Part shown: piece by piece, positions 18,000-26,814 of the stretch
How the letters are laid out: each line of letters begins with the position of its first letter
Numbering within the stretch: the first letter of the stretch is position 1
NCBI GenBank assembly: GCA_050115495.1
Contig: JASFQK010000016.1
Location: forward strand, 1-64,000
Length of the DNA stretch: 64,000 nt
Direction: 5' to 3'
DNA from: Phycisphaerae bacterium
Lineage (GTDB): Bacteria; Planctomycetota; Phycisphaerae; UBA1845; Fen-1342
Notes under the pieces: generated by a model
What the model was told of the DNA's origin: nothing
The model's input: only the letters and a program-made list of their open reading frames with translations
The model's database searches: none
Translations under genes and position numbers: made by a program

Positions 18000-19054
18000 G
18001 CTCGTTTGACGAGGTTGTCCGTCAGGCGGGCGAGTGGCTGCGCGGCGACGGTCCGCTGAGCGAAATCGTCATCTCGACGCGCATTCGCTTGGCCCGCAAT
18101 CTGAGCGGCTACCGTTTTCTCTCCCGGGCCGACGAGGCGACCCGCCGGGAGATCGCCGAGACCGTCCAGCGGGCGGTGCACCGTAGCCGGGCGCTGCAGG
18201 ACCTCATTCATCTCGACGTCGAGCAGCTCGACGAGCTCGACCGCAACCTGCTGGTCGAGCGTCACCTGATCAGCCGGCAGCACGCCGAGAGCAGCGGGGC
18301 CCGGCGGATCGCCTTCAATACGGCCGAGTCGGCGGCGCTGATGATCAACGAGGAGGACCACCTCCGCACGCAGGTCATGCGCAGCGGGTTGCGGCTCGAC
18401 GAGGCGTGGGAGCAGATCAACTCGCTCGACGACGCCCTCGAAGAGCACCTCGATTTCGCGTTTCACCCGCGGTACGGCTACCTGACCGCCTGTCCGACGA
18501 ACGTGGGGACGGGCATTCGCGTGTCGGTGATGCTGCACCTGCCGGCGTTGCGCCTGACGAACGAGCTCGAGAAGGTCGTCCAGGCGGCCCGCGACATGAA
18601 GCTCGCGGTCCGCGGGCTGCACGGCGAGGGGACCGAGGCCCTCGGCGACCTGTTCCAGATTTCCAACCAGATCACGCTCGGTCGGTCTGAGGCGGAGATC
18701 ATCGACCTGTTCCGCGGCGTGGTCATGCCGCGCATCGTGGAGTACGAAAAAGCCGCCCGCCGGAGCCTGCTGAAGAATCGGCTGCACGCGCTGGACGACA
18801 AGGTCTGGCGTGCGCTCGGGGCGTTACAGAACGCCCGGTTGATTAGTTCGAGCGAGGCGATGCAGTATTTGTCGCACGTGCGTATGGGCGTCCACACCGG
18901 CCGGCTGAAGTCGATCGAGCTGAAGACGCTGAACGAATTGCTGCTGCACACCCAGCCGGCCCACCTGCAAAAACTCGAAGGCCGCCGACTGAGCGGCGAA
19001 CAACGCAGCATCGCCCGGGCGAATTTGATTCGGGCGCGGTTGTGTAGTAACTAG
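17996..19054 (+). CDS. mcsB: protein arginine kinase McsB
   Basis: STRIRLARN, NEEDHLR, GYLTACPTNVGTG, RGLHGEG, QISNQITLG. Confidence 0.95.
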   Translation: MSSFDEVVRQAGEWLRGDGPLSEIVISTRIRLARNLSGYRFLSRADEATRREIAETVQRAVHRSRALQDLIHLDVEQLDELDRNLLVERHLISRQHAESSGARRIAFNTAESAALMINEEDHLRTQVMRSGLRLDEAWEQINSLDDALEEHLDFAFHPRYGYLTACPTNVGTGIRVSVMLHLPALRLTNELEKVVQAARDMKLAVRGLHGEGTEALGDLFQISNQITLGRSEAEIIDLFRGVVMPRIVEYEKAARRSLLKNRLHALDDKVWRALGALQNARLISSSEAMQYLSHVRMGVHTGRLKSIELKTLNELLLHTQPAHLQKLEGRRLSGEQRSIARANLIRARLCSN

Positions 19055-19161
19055 AGAGTGAGGTGTGTTTCTTGCGCACGCGACGGCAGCGTTCAGTTTG
19101 GCACAGGAATGCTGTCGCTCGAGAATGACTGATTCTCATACCTCCGCCGCTCAGTTGTGCT

Positions 19162-20169
19162 TCATACGCTAGCGCTCGTCACCAGCCAGTCAATTGCATC
19201 TGCGATCTGGCTACGCTGGTCCTGATTCAGCCTATCCATCGCCTCCCCCGCACGCACGCGCTGGCCAAACTGCCTCAGTGCGCTTGACTCGTATTGGCCG
19301 CGCAGGTCAACATGTAGGCGGTCGGACTCCAGCTTTATGGTGTCCAGCGGAGCGACCGCCCCTGGGCGTTGCGCGTATTGTGCAACACACTCAAACCACA
19401 CCGCGAGCAGCTCATGTGACTTCGGCAATGGTCTGTGGTCGCTTCTGAACGGCTCACGATATCGCATAACCTCTGTAGCACATTCCGTGCACTTGTCTAG
19501 CAGAAGGTAAGCTTCTGCTAGGTTTAGTCTGTCGACGCAGTATCTGGAACACGTAGGTGATTCCAGAGCTTGCCTGTAATACTCTATGGCGTCCTGTATG
19601 TCTGTCTCTGTCACGCTCTCCTGCATCATTGCCGCGGCGCCGTAGAAATGCGGCGCCTCCCATGCATCGCCACGCAGTTCCTTTAGTTTTGTGGCGATCG
19701 TGCGCAACTCCTCGGCATCGGACATGAAGAAGACCGCATGGGCTTGAGCCGTATATGCGGCGTAGAGCATTTCACTTGTGGCTGATTCAAAATCGCCGTG
19801 CACCGAGAGCAACGGACTGTCCTTGCCGTGGTAGACCTGTTCAGTTGCGCGGAGGGCGCGAATTCTGGTCAGTTCCGTGTTGAGTAGTTCGGATGCTCTT
19901 CTCGCGTATTCCTCTGCCTCGGCGAAGCGTTGCCGCAGAGTTGTCTGATACGACAGAGTCAATAGGGCCTCCGCCTTCTGAAGAGTGACAAGCAAGTGAG
20001 AGAACACCTCCCCTGTGCTACCAAGAACAGCTTGGATTGACTCTGTTCGCTCGATCCCCCGTCGCAATTCTACGAGGCCATACTGGCCGTAGAGCTGCCC
20101 TAGGCCGATTGCAGCCACCAGTAGCGTACACAGCGTACACATCACCGCAACATACTTCTCCATGTTCAT
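19162..20169 (-). CDS. hypothetical protein: N-terminal TM, coiled coil, TPR-like helices (atypical codon usage)
   Basis: long ORF in visibly AT-richer DNA; GGAGG SD; TPR-like AIEYYRQALE...NLAEAYLLL. Confidence 0.7.
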   Translation of the reverse strand: MNMEKYVAVMCTLCTLLVAAIGLGQLYGQYGLVELRRGIERTESIQAVLGSTGEVFSHLLVTLQKAEALLTLSYQTTLRQRFAEAEEYARRASELLNTELTRIRALRATEQVYHGKDSPLLSVHGDFESATSEMLYAAYTAQAHAVFFMSDAEELRTIATKLKELRGDAWEAPHFYGAAAMMQESVTETDIQDAIEYYRQALESPTCSRYCVDRLNLAEAYLLLDKCTECATEVMRYREPFRSDHRPLPKSHELLAVWFECVAQYAQRPGAVAPLDTIKLESDRLHVDLRGQYESSALRQFGQRVRAGEAMDRLNQDQRSQIADAIDWLVTSASV

Positions 20170-20246
20170 GATCGCGCCTCCACACGCTGGGGCCGATACT
20201 GCGCAACAGTCGTCGCTCGGCAACGCTGCCGAGCATATTCGATGTC

Positions 20247-20276
20247 ATCATACACGGTGTTTGCAGTTGGATGCAA
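20247..20276 (-). promoter_or_regulatory. putative sigma70 promoter for the 19162-20169 gene
   Basis: TTGCAT-N18-TATGAT on the minus strand. Confidence 0.4.
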
Positions 20277-20762
20277 GAACTGTGTACGCCATCGGAATGC
20301 TAAGTCGTGTGAAGCGTTGTAACTCGTGCGAAGACAGTCAGTTGCGAGCCGTTGTCGCGGTTCACGGGGCGGGCCGCGAACAACGTTCGACGAGTATGCG
20401 AATAGACGGATCGGGTGCAGGTCTTCGTGCTAGTGTACGTGCAAGGGGACTATTGGAGCGACTTGACATCACCGCCACAGGTGACACGCTAGACGGGAAC
20501 CGGGTTTGCAGGGGCGGATCAGAATCGGTGCGGAGGCCCTTCGGCACGCTCAGGGCAGCCTTCTCCATGGTGCGAACGTGACGATGACGCGCGAGGCTGC
20601 GGCCGTCCTGGACGATACCGGGTGCCTACGGTGCGGTGTGAATCGCATGCGGCTTTGCAGATGGTGGATCAGACCGATACATGCTGTTCATGTCAAGGGA
20701 AGCTGTGTGAGTTCGCTGTGCCCGCGCCGGTAAGCTAGCTGGTCGGCATTAGGTACGTGGGG

Positions 20763-21620
20763 TTACTGGAGCAACAGATCCCGCAGCCGCGCTTGGGTTT
20801 CTGAGGGGACGCCGAGGTCGGTGAGGAAGGGTTCGATGCCGCCGGCGGAGTCGATGGCGTTTAGGAGGGTCTCCATCGCGGGGAGGTTGCCGGGGGTGTT
20901 GACTTGTTCGGAAAGGCGGAAATCGGCGATGATCGTGGCGCGATCCACGCCGAGAAGTGACAGAAGCAGCGCGGTCATGACGCCGGTGCGGTCGGTTCCC
21001 GCCGCACAGTGGTAGAGAAGGGGCAATTTCTCATCGTCGGCCAGCAGGCGGAAGGTGTCGCGGAAGGCGTCGGCGTTGTCGCGCAAGCCGAGGAGGTACC
21101 GCTCCTCCGGCGGGCCTTCCTTGCGGAAGCTCACGGGGTAGCCGTGCACGCCGGCGACTTGGTGGATACAGAACACATCGCCGTTGTACAGCGGCAGCGG
21201 CGACAGGCGGTTGCGGTAGTCTACAACCGTCCTGATGCCAAGCTGGCGGAACATGCCGCAGCCGGTGTCGGTGACGTGCGACAGCGTGCCCGAACGGTAG
21301 ACGGTGTGCCGTTTGACGGTGCGGTTGTCGCGGGTCGGGTAGCCGCCGATGTCGCGCGTGTTCTGCGCCCCATCGATGAAGATCCAGCGGCCGGGCTCGG
21401 CGTCCGCCGGCGGCGGCGTGACGTCGGCGGGTCGGCCCTGGCGATACAACCCGAGGCCGACGACGAAGCCGGGTACACCGAGGAGCAACACCGCGAGAAT
21501 CCAGCGGGCCCGGCGGCGGCGGCGCAATTTCGCGAGGGCAGGCGCAGCGGCAGCGGATGGCTCGACGGGCGGCCCAGCTTCAGCCGGCGACGGATTGGTC
21601 GGCGAGTCGGCGTTCATCAT
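20763..21620 (-). CDS. membrane-anchored tyrosine-protein phosphatase (MptpB/Y_phosphatase3-like)
   Basis: NTRDIGGY, YRSG, active-site HCAAGTDRTG; N-terminal TM. Confidence 0.88.
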   Translation of the reverse strand: MMNADSPTNPSPAEAGPPVEPSAAAAPALAKLRRRRRARWILAVLLLGVPGFVVGLGLYRQGRPADVTPPPADAEPGRWIFIDGAQNTRDIGGYPTRDNRTVKRHTVYRSGTLSHVTDTGCGMFRQLGIRTVVDYRNRLSPLPLYNGDVFCIHQVAGVHGYPVSFRKEGPPEERYLLGLRDNADAFRDTFRLLADDEKLPLLYHCAAGTDRTGVMTALLLSLLGVDRATIIADFRLSEQVNTPGNLPAMETLLNAIDSAGGIEPFLTDLGVPSETQARLRDLLLQ

Positions 21621-21676
21621 CGGGGCAGCATACCGGACCGGTTGGCGATGGGGTATGCGTCGCGCGATAGACTGCG

Positions 21677-21766
21677 CCAGGATTCGCCGGTCAGCGACAG
21701 GCGCCGCCAGAATTCGCCAGTCGGCGAGAGAGGCCACCAGGATCTGCCAATGGGCGTGACAGGTCG
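21677..21766. repeat. imperfect 30-bp tandem repeat, three copies
   Basis: ccaggattcgccggtcagcgacaggcgccg / ccagaattcgccagtcggcgagagaggcca / ccaggatctgccaatgggcgtgacaggtcg. Confidence 0.7.
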
Positions 21767-21842
21767 CCACCGGCGAACCGCCCGTCTTGCCGCGGCACGG
21801 GAAAACGGCGACGCTACGCGGAGTACAGTCCGGAGGACCGCC

Positions 21843-24191
21843 GTGAGAATCTCCCGCCGCCGACCGTTGTTGCCCGTTGCGTTTGCTGCGGCGTTCGCTG
21901 CCGTCCTGTGCCCGCCTGCGGTACACGGCGGCCGGCACCCGTGCCTGCTGATTTCGGCGGACGATTTGCCGCAGTTGCGGGCGGCGTGTGGCGTGGCCGC
22001 GGCTCCGGCCGATTCCGCCGCCGAGTCGCAGCCCGCTTTGCGAGCCGGTCATCGGGCCAGCGAGTTCAACGCCCTGCGTGAGTACTTCGCCCGGCGGGCC
22101 GACGTGGGCCTGCTGCCCGGCGAGATCAGCGCGGCGGCGTTCCTTCACCTCGTCGCCGCCGAGAACGGGCTCGAACAACGCCGACTCGACCTGATTAATG
22201 AGGCACTTCGCGAGCCGCTGTGGGTGGGTCCGGACCCGTTCGAGCTCATGCTCGCCGTCGACTGGTGCTGGGACGCACTCGATCCCGAGGCGCGGCGCGA
22301 CTTCCTGCTCGCCGTCCGCGATGCGGCCAGTCCGTTCACGCCGGCGGACAGCCCGTTCGACCATCGGGCGTTCGCCGCCAAGCTGCTGGGCGTGGCCGCG
22401 GCCGTCGCGATCGACGAGCACGACGAGCCGGCACCGAGCTGGGCGGAATGGCGGCAACCGGTGCTCGACGCTGCCCGCGAGTACTTCCGCAAGACGCTGC
22501 CGACGGTGATCGCGTGGCGTGGCCTGACGCCGACGAGCCCGTCAGCCGGCCCGTGGGAGGAGCGCGACGTGGTACTGGCGCTCGAACTCGCGGGCGCGGT
22601 GCTGTCGAGCGACGTCTGGAGCGGGCAGCGCAACGGCGTCGGCCGCTGGCTCGAACATTACGTGTACGCGTCGTTCTCGCATCCGGCTCTGCAACACCAT
22701 TTCATCCGGGATGACGGGCAGCTCGCCCCGCTCTCGCCGGCGTGTGATTGGGCGGAGATGCTGCCGGTCACCGCCCACCTGATCGCCGCCCGGACGCACG
22801 ATCCAGCGGCGGTGTTCATCGCCCGGCGGGTCGAGCAGCGGCTGCGTGGTCCGACCGCCGACCCGTTGGCCCAACCGTGGCAATGGGTGCCGATCGCGCT
22901 GGAGACGCGTGGCCTGGCCGGGTGCGATTTCAGCCGGCTGCCGACGGCTCGCAATCTCGGTGGGGCGGTGGTGTTCCGCGGGCCGGCGACGGCGACCGAG
23001 ACCGGTATCTGGATCGAGGCGGCGCAGCCGTTCCTCCGCCGACGGCAGCACTTCGACGCGGGTCACTTCCTGCTGTACAGCGATGGACAGCTCCTGGTCG
23101 GTGCCGGCGACGACGTCGTGTACGAGGCCGTGCAGGTGAAGCAGGGGGCCCAGCATCTCGGCGACGGGCGCGATCCGTTCGACTTCGACCAGTATTTCAC
23201 CGCCACGATCGCCCACAACTGCCTGCTGCTGTGGGATCCGTTGCGCGCCCCGCGCTGGCACGGGAACCGGTACGAGGCCATTGGCGGTCAGCGGCTCATC
23301 GAGGATACGTGCACCGACTTCACGACGCCGCTTGCGGAGAATGAGCGGCTTACCGGGCGGCAGGTCGCCTACGGTCAGCACGACGGGCACGCGTACGTGG
23401 CGCTTAACCTTCAGTCGGCGTACGAGGCCCGCAGCGTCTCGGCGTACACGCGCGAGTTCGTTTTCCTCGCCGGCCGGACGCTGGTGGTGATCGATCGGCT
23501 GCACACGCGCAGTCTGCGTTGTCAGCCGATCTCGGTGGTCACGCTGCCGGCGTGCCCGTTGCCGGACGGCCAGCCGCTGACGCAGTGCAAGCTGCTCACC
23601 GATGATGAGCAGCAGGACCGCGGCATCTGGCAGTGCGACCAGGCGCAGTGGTTCCAGTGGTCCGACGCCGACGGGACGCTGCGAGTCTTCCCGCTGTTGC
23701 CCGAGCCGCGGCGGGTGCATGTGTGCGGCGGGCCAGCGGAGAAGTCGGTGGTCAGCGACGGGCCGCACGCCGGCCGGCTGTACGTCGGTGGCAGCGCGAC
23801 GGGGTTTGAGCGGCTGGTTCGGCCCGCCGGTCATGCCAAGCCGGCCAACGCGTGGTATGAGCTGGGTCGGCCGACAGTGCTCGGGCCGGCGGTGGGGGCG
23901 GTGCCGCTGTGGGGTCGGCTGGAGATCGAGCCGCTCGACGAGCAGAGTGACCACGTCTTCATCACCGTGTACACGGTCGAGTCCGCCCGGCAGCAGCGCA
24001 CGCCGACCGCGGAGCTTAAACGCGAGCAGGACGAACTGCGCATCAACATCGACAACGGCGAAACGCGCACGACGCTCTGGCTGCGGGCGGACACGTCCGT
24101 CGGCGGGCGCGTGCTGCGCGACGCTCCGGGCGCCACGACGTGGACGCTGCCGAAGACGGTGGAAGCCGACACGGCGTTGCCGACGGATTGA
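21843..24191 (+). CDS. secreted heparinase II/III-like (polysaccharide lyase-like) protein
   Basis: GGAGG SD, signal peptide, HPCLL N-terminus, QHFDAGHFLL and TIAHNCLL motifs. Confidence 0.65.
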   Translation: MRISRRRPLLPVAFAAAFAAVLCPPAVHGGRHPCLLISADDLPQLRAACGVAAAPADSAAESQPALRAGHRASEFNALREYFARRADVGLLPGEISAAAFLHLVAAENGLEQRRLDLINEALREPLWVGPDPFELMLAVDWCWDALDPEARRDFLLAVRDAASPFTPADSPFDHRAFAAKLLGVAAAVAIDEHDEPAPSWAEWRQPVLDAAREYFRKTLPTVIAWRGLTPTSPSAGPWEERDVVLALELAGAVLSSDVWSGQRNGVGRWLEHYVYASFSHPALQHHFIRDDGQLAPLSPACDWAEMLPVTAHLIAARTHDPAAVFIARRVEQRLRGPTADPLAQPWQWVPIALETRGLAGCDFSRLPTARNLGGAVVFRGPATATETGIWIEAAQPFLRRRQHFDAGHFLLYSDGQLLVGAGDDVVYEAVQVKQGAQHLGDGRDPFDFDQYFTATIAHNCLLLWDPLRAPRWHGNRYEAIGGQRLIEDTCTDFTTPLAENERLTGRQVAYGQHDGHAYVALNLQSAYEARSVSAYTREFVFLAGRTLVVIDRLHTRSLRCQPISVVTLPACPLPDGQPLTQCKLLTDDEQQDRGIWQCDQAQWFQWSDADGTLRVFPLLPEPRRVHVCGGPAEKSVVSDGPHAGRLYVGGSATGFERLVRPAGHAKPANAWYELGRPTVLGPAVGAVPLWGRLEIEPLDEQSDHVFITVYTVESARQQRTPTAELKREQDELRINIDNGETRTTLWLRADTSVGGRVLRDAPGATTWTLPKTVEADTALPTD

Positions 24192-24345
24192 GGCGCGCGT
24201 CCCAGAATCTCAGCACTGCGCGCCCCCAGCGCTGGACACGCATTACCCACATCTGTCACGCCGGCGCAGCGACGGCGTGGGGGAAACGCATGTAAGTCAT
24301 TTCGCAGAAATCAATTGCGCGACGCATCCTTCCCGGTGGCGCCGC

Positions 24346-24361
24346 TGGCACGAGCCTTGCA
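24346..24361 (+). promoter_or_regulatory. sigma54 (RpoN) -24/-12 promoter
   Basis: TGGCACGAGCCTTGCA matches the consensus TGGCACG-N4-TTGCW exactly; AT-rich tract just upstream. Confidence 0.7.
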
Positions 24362-24372
24362 CTTCATGCCCA

Positions 24373-24570
24373 GTGGATCGATCAGCCTTTGGGAGCCTGG
24401 CAGATACGATCCGAGGGCCGAGGGCCGAGGGCCGGGGTCCGCGTAATGGACCCCCTGACATGGCGTCCGCTCTTTTGGAGGGGCGGAGGCCCGAGTTCGC
24501 CGGGGACCTCGTCGGCTTCAATGGAGATCGGAGCCCGGCAGTTGCCGATTGAGGTCCCCGGCTCTCTATT
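24373..24570 (+). ncRNA. candidate sigma54-dependent structured small RNA
   Basis: hairpins 24434-24454, 24466-24487 and 24499-24562 (12-bp perfect outer stem) followed by a pyrimidine tract; no convincing ORF. Confidence 0.4.
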
Positions 24571-24595
24571 CCCCTCGCTACGGTGTGGCGACCGG

Positions 24596-24624
24596 TTGAC
24601 CGACTCGGGGCGACCTCGCAGAAT
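24596..24624 (+). promoter_or_regulatory. putative sigma70 promoter of the UbiA-family gene
   Basis: TTGACC-N17-CAGAAT. Confidence 0.5.
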
Positions 24625-24713
24625 GCCCGCGTGTTCCGACGGGTTTCTGCCGGGCGGCGCTCCGGGGTGGGTGCGGTCCGGCCACGGCAGGTGACCGGCG
24701 AGTGGATAGGTCG

Positions 24714-25637
24714 ATGGCCTACGTGCGTCTGCTGCGGCCCACCCAGTGGTCCAAGAACGTCTTTCTGTTCGCCGGGTTGGTCTTCGGCCACAAGCTGATG
24801 GAGCTGCACGCGGTGCTGCTGGCACTGCTGGCCTTCGTCTGCTTTTCCCTCCTGAGCAGCACCGTCTACATCATCAACGACATCCGCGACCGGAACGAGG
24901 ACCGGCTGCACCCGCGCAAGTGCCGGCGGCCGGTGGCCAGCGGTGAGGTGAGTGTCGGCGCGGCGGGGACGCTGGCGGCCGGGTTGCTCGTGGCGGGTGT
25001 GGGCGGAAGCTTCGCGCTCAGCCCGGGGCTGTGCGTGGTGGGGCTGGCCTACCTCGTGCTCCAGATGGCGTACACGTTTGCCCTGAAGCACGTGGTGCTG
25101 CTGGACATCATCTGCGTCGGGCTCGGGTTCGTGCTACGGGCGGTGGCGGGAGCGGTCGCGGTCGACGTGGAGATCTCGCACTGGCTGGTGATCTGCACGT
25201 TCACACTCTGTTTGTTCATGGGCTTCAGCAAGCGACGCTGCGAGCTGATTACGCTGACCGAGAACAACGGCGGCGACGCCGGCCGCCATCGGCGGACGCT
25301 GGCCAGCTATACGCCGGACATGCTGAACCACTTCACGACATTGACCGCGGGGATCGCGGTAGTGACTTTCATGCTGTACGCGACGGACGATCGCACGGTG
25401 CGGGAGTTTCAGTCGTACTACCTGGTCTACACGCTGCCTATCGTCGTGTACGCGATCTTCCGTTTTGCCTACCTGGTCGAGCATGGGCGGGTGGACGGCC
25501 CGACGGACGTGATGGTGCGCGACCGCCCGTTCCAGGCGGCGCTGCTGCTCTGGACGATCGCGGCGATTCTCGTCGTCTATCGCGGACAAGAGCTCAAAGC
25601 GTGGATCACCCAGTTGTTGCAGCAGCCCCCGCCGTAG
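24714..25637 (+). CDS. UbiA family prenyltransferase (decaprenyl-phosphate phosphoribosyltransferase-like)
   Basis: LRPTQWSKN, YIINDIRDRNEDRLHPRKCRRPVASG, KRRCE; multiple TM segments. Confidence 0.9.
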   Translation: MAYVRLLRPTQWSKNVFLFAGLVFGHKLMELHAVLLALLAFVCFSLLSSTVYIINDIRDRNEDRLHPRKCRRPVASGEVSVGAAGTLAAGLLVAGVGGSFALSPGLCVVGLAYLVLQMAYTFALKHVVLLDIICVGLGFVLRAVAGAVAVDVEISHWLVICTFTLCLFMGFSKRRCELITLTENNGGDAGRHRRTLASYTPDMLNHFTTLTAGIAVVTFMLYATDDRTVREFQSYYLVYTLPIVVYAIFRFAYLVEHGRVDGPTDVMVRDRPFQAALLLWTIAAILVVYRGQELKAWITQLLQQPPP

Positions 25638-26553
25638 GACCCAGCGGGGCGATGTCGGCGGCGAAGTCCTGGGCGGCGGCGCGGATGCAGGCCACCCAGT
25701 CGTCGCCGCAGCGCTGCTGGTAGCTCACCTGCTCGTAAGCGTAGATCACTGAACGTGACGCGTTGACGACTGCTCCGCCGCCGTCGGCCCGGAAGCAGGG
25801 GCGGCAGGATTCTGCGCCGGCGCCCTGGGCGCCGTACCCCGGGACGAGCCAGGGCGTGTGCGGGAGCCGGGCGCGCAGTGCCGCCGTGCTGGCCGGGTCT
25901 TTCGGAGCCACCACCGCCCCGACGCACGACAGACCGCACTCGCCGATCAGGTTCGCCGCCGACCCCCAGCGATGAACGAGGTCGGCCATGTGCTCGTAGA
26001 GCCGCCGATCCGGGCAGAATTCGTGGATGACGTCGGCACCGGGATCCGACGGCCGCACGAGGACGTACAGACCGCGGCCCGCCTCGCGCGCCGCTTCGGC
26101 GAAGGCCCGCACGGCGCTTTCGCCGAGGTAGCCGGCGACGGTCACCGCGTCGGGCATGCGTTCGTCGCCGGCGTCGGTGAAGCGCGGCGTGGCCAGATGC
26201 CCGCGCGCATACAGCCGGGCCGTCGAGCCGATGTCCCCGCGTTTCACGTCGCCGATGACCAGCAGGCCGTGTTCGTGGGCGGCGGCGATCAGCCGATAGT
26301 AAGCACCGACGCCCGCCTCATGCAGGACCTCGAAGAACGCGGAGTTGATCTTGACCGCCGGCACGATCCCGGCGACCGCGCCGAGCACCTCATGCCCAAA
26401 GGTCTCCAGCGCGCTCGCGGCGCCGGCGAGGGTCGGCTCATCAGGCTGAAGGGCGGCGGGCAGACGCTCCAGCACGGGGTCGATTCCCACCACGGCCGGC
26501 GCACCGCAACGGCGCCCAGCTTCCGCCAGTCTATCCGCGTAATGAACGGGCAT
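25606..26553 (-). CDS. pyrF: orotidine-5'-phosphate decarboxylase
   Basis: VVGIDP, DVKRGDIGST, LVPGYGAQG, VVNASRSVIYA. Confidence 0.93.
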   Translation of the reverse strand: MPVHYADRLAEAGRRCGAPAVVGIDPVLERLPAALQPDEPTLAGAASALETFGHEVLGAVAGIVPAVKINSAFFEVLHEAGVGAYYRLIAAAHEHGLLVIGDVKRGDIGSTARLYARGHLATPRFTDAGDERMPDAVTVAGYLGESAVRAFAEAAREAGRGLYVLVRPSDPGADVIHEFCPDRRLYEHMADLVHRWGSAANLIGECGLSCVGAVVAPKDPASTAALRARLPHTPWLVPGYGAQGAGAESCRPCFRADGGGAVVNASRSVIYAYEQVSYQQRCGDDWVACIRAAAQDFAADIAPLGPTAGAAATTG

Positions 26554-26641
26554 GACACATCCCCTGCATGAAGCAGCTACGGCGGGCGGCTCGTCCCGTC
26601 GAATGTCTTCTGCTGGCCGCCCCGCCCCGCCGGCGCCTGGT

Positions 26642-26709
26642 CGAGAGCCAGGCGCGATCGAGCCGGGCCAGCACTTCTTTCCGGTACTCCTCCGGACGCA
26701 CGTACCGGA
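26642..26709 (-). pseudogene. diverged duplicate of the 3' end of the bcp-fusion gene
   Basis: gapless 53/68 identity to 26824-26891; translates RYVRPEEYRKEVLARLDRAWLS versus RNVRPEGHEQEVLAWLDRNWLS. Confidence 0.75.
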
Positions 26710-26742
26710 GTGTGGCATGCCCAGGCCGCAGGCGCGGGCATG
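26705..26742. repeat. REP-like family B
   Basis: ccggagtgtggcatgc...ggcgcgggcatg, similar to 47606-47643. Confidence 0.75.
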
Positions 26743-26814
26743 AATAGCTGTCTGTGTCGCCGCACGATCCATGTGCGGGAACCCCGTGGTTCGCTTCGCG
26801 GTCCGGCCCGGCGA

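Noticed and set aside
19099..19112. Sigma54 promoter TGGCACAGGAATGC
   Set aside because: GG-GC spacing is one base short of the strict requirement.
21677..21766. CRISPR array
   Set aside because: Units are contiguous with no spacers, and there are no cas genes.
21009..21842. Overlapping N-terminal extensions of the 21009 (+) and 22457 (-) ORFs
   Set aside because: Better starts exist at 21843 (SD and signal peptide) and 21620, leaving a normal divergent gap.
24460..24552. 30-codon ORF inside the sigma54 transcript
   Set aside because: No SD and no protein-like features; it lies across strong hairpins. Not fully excluded.
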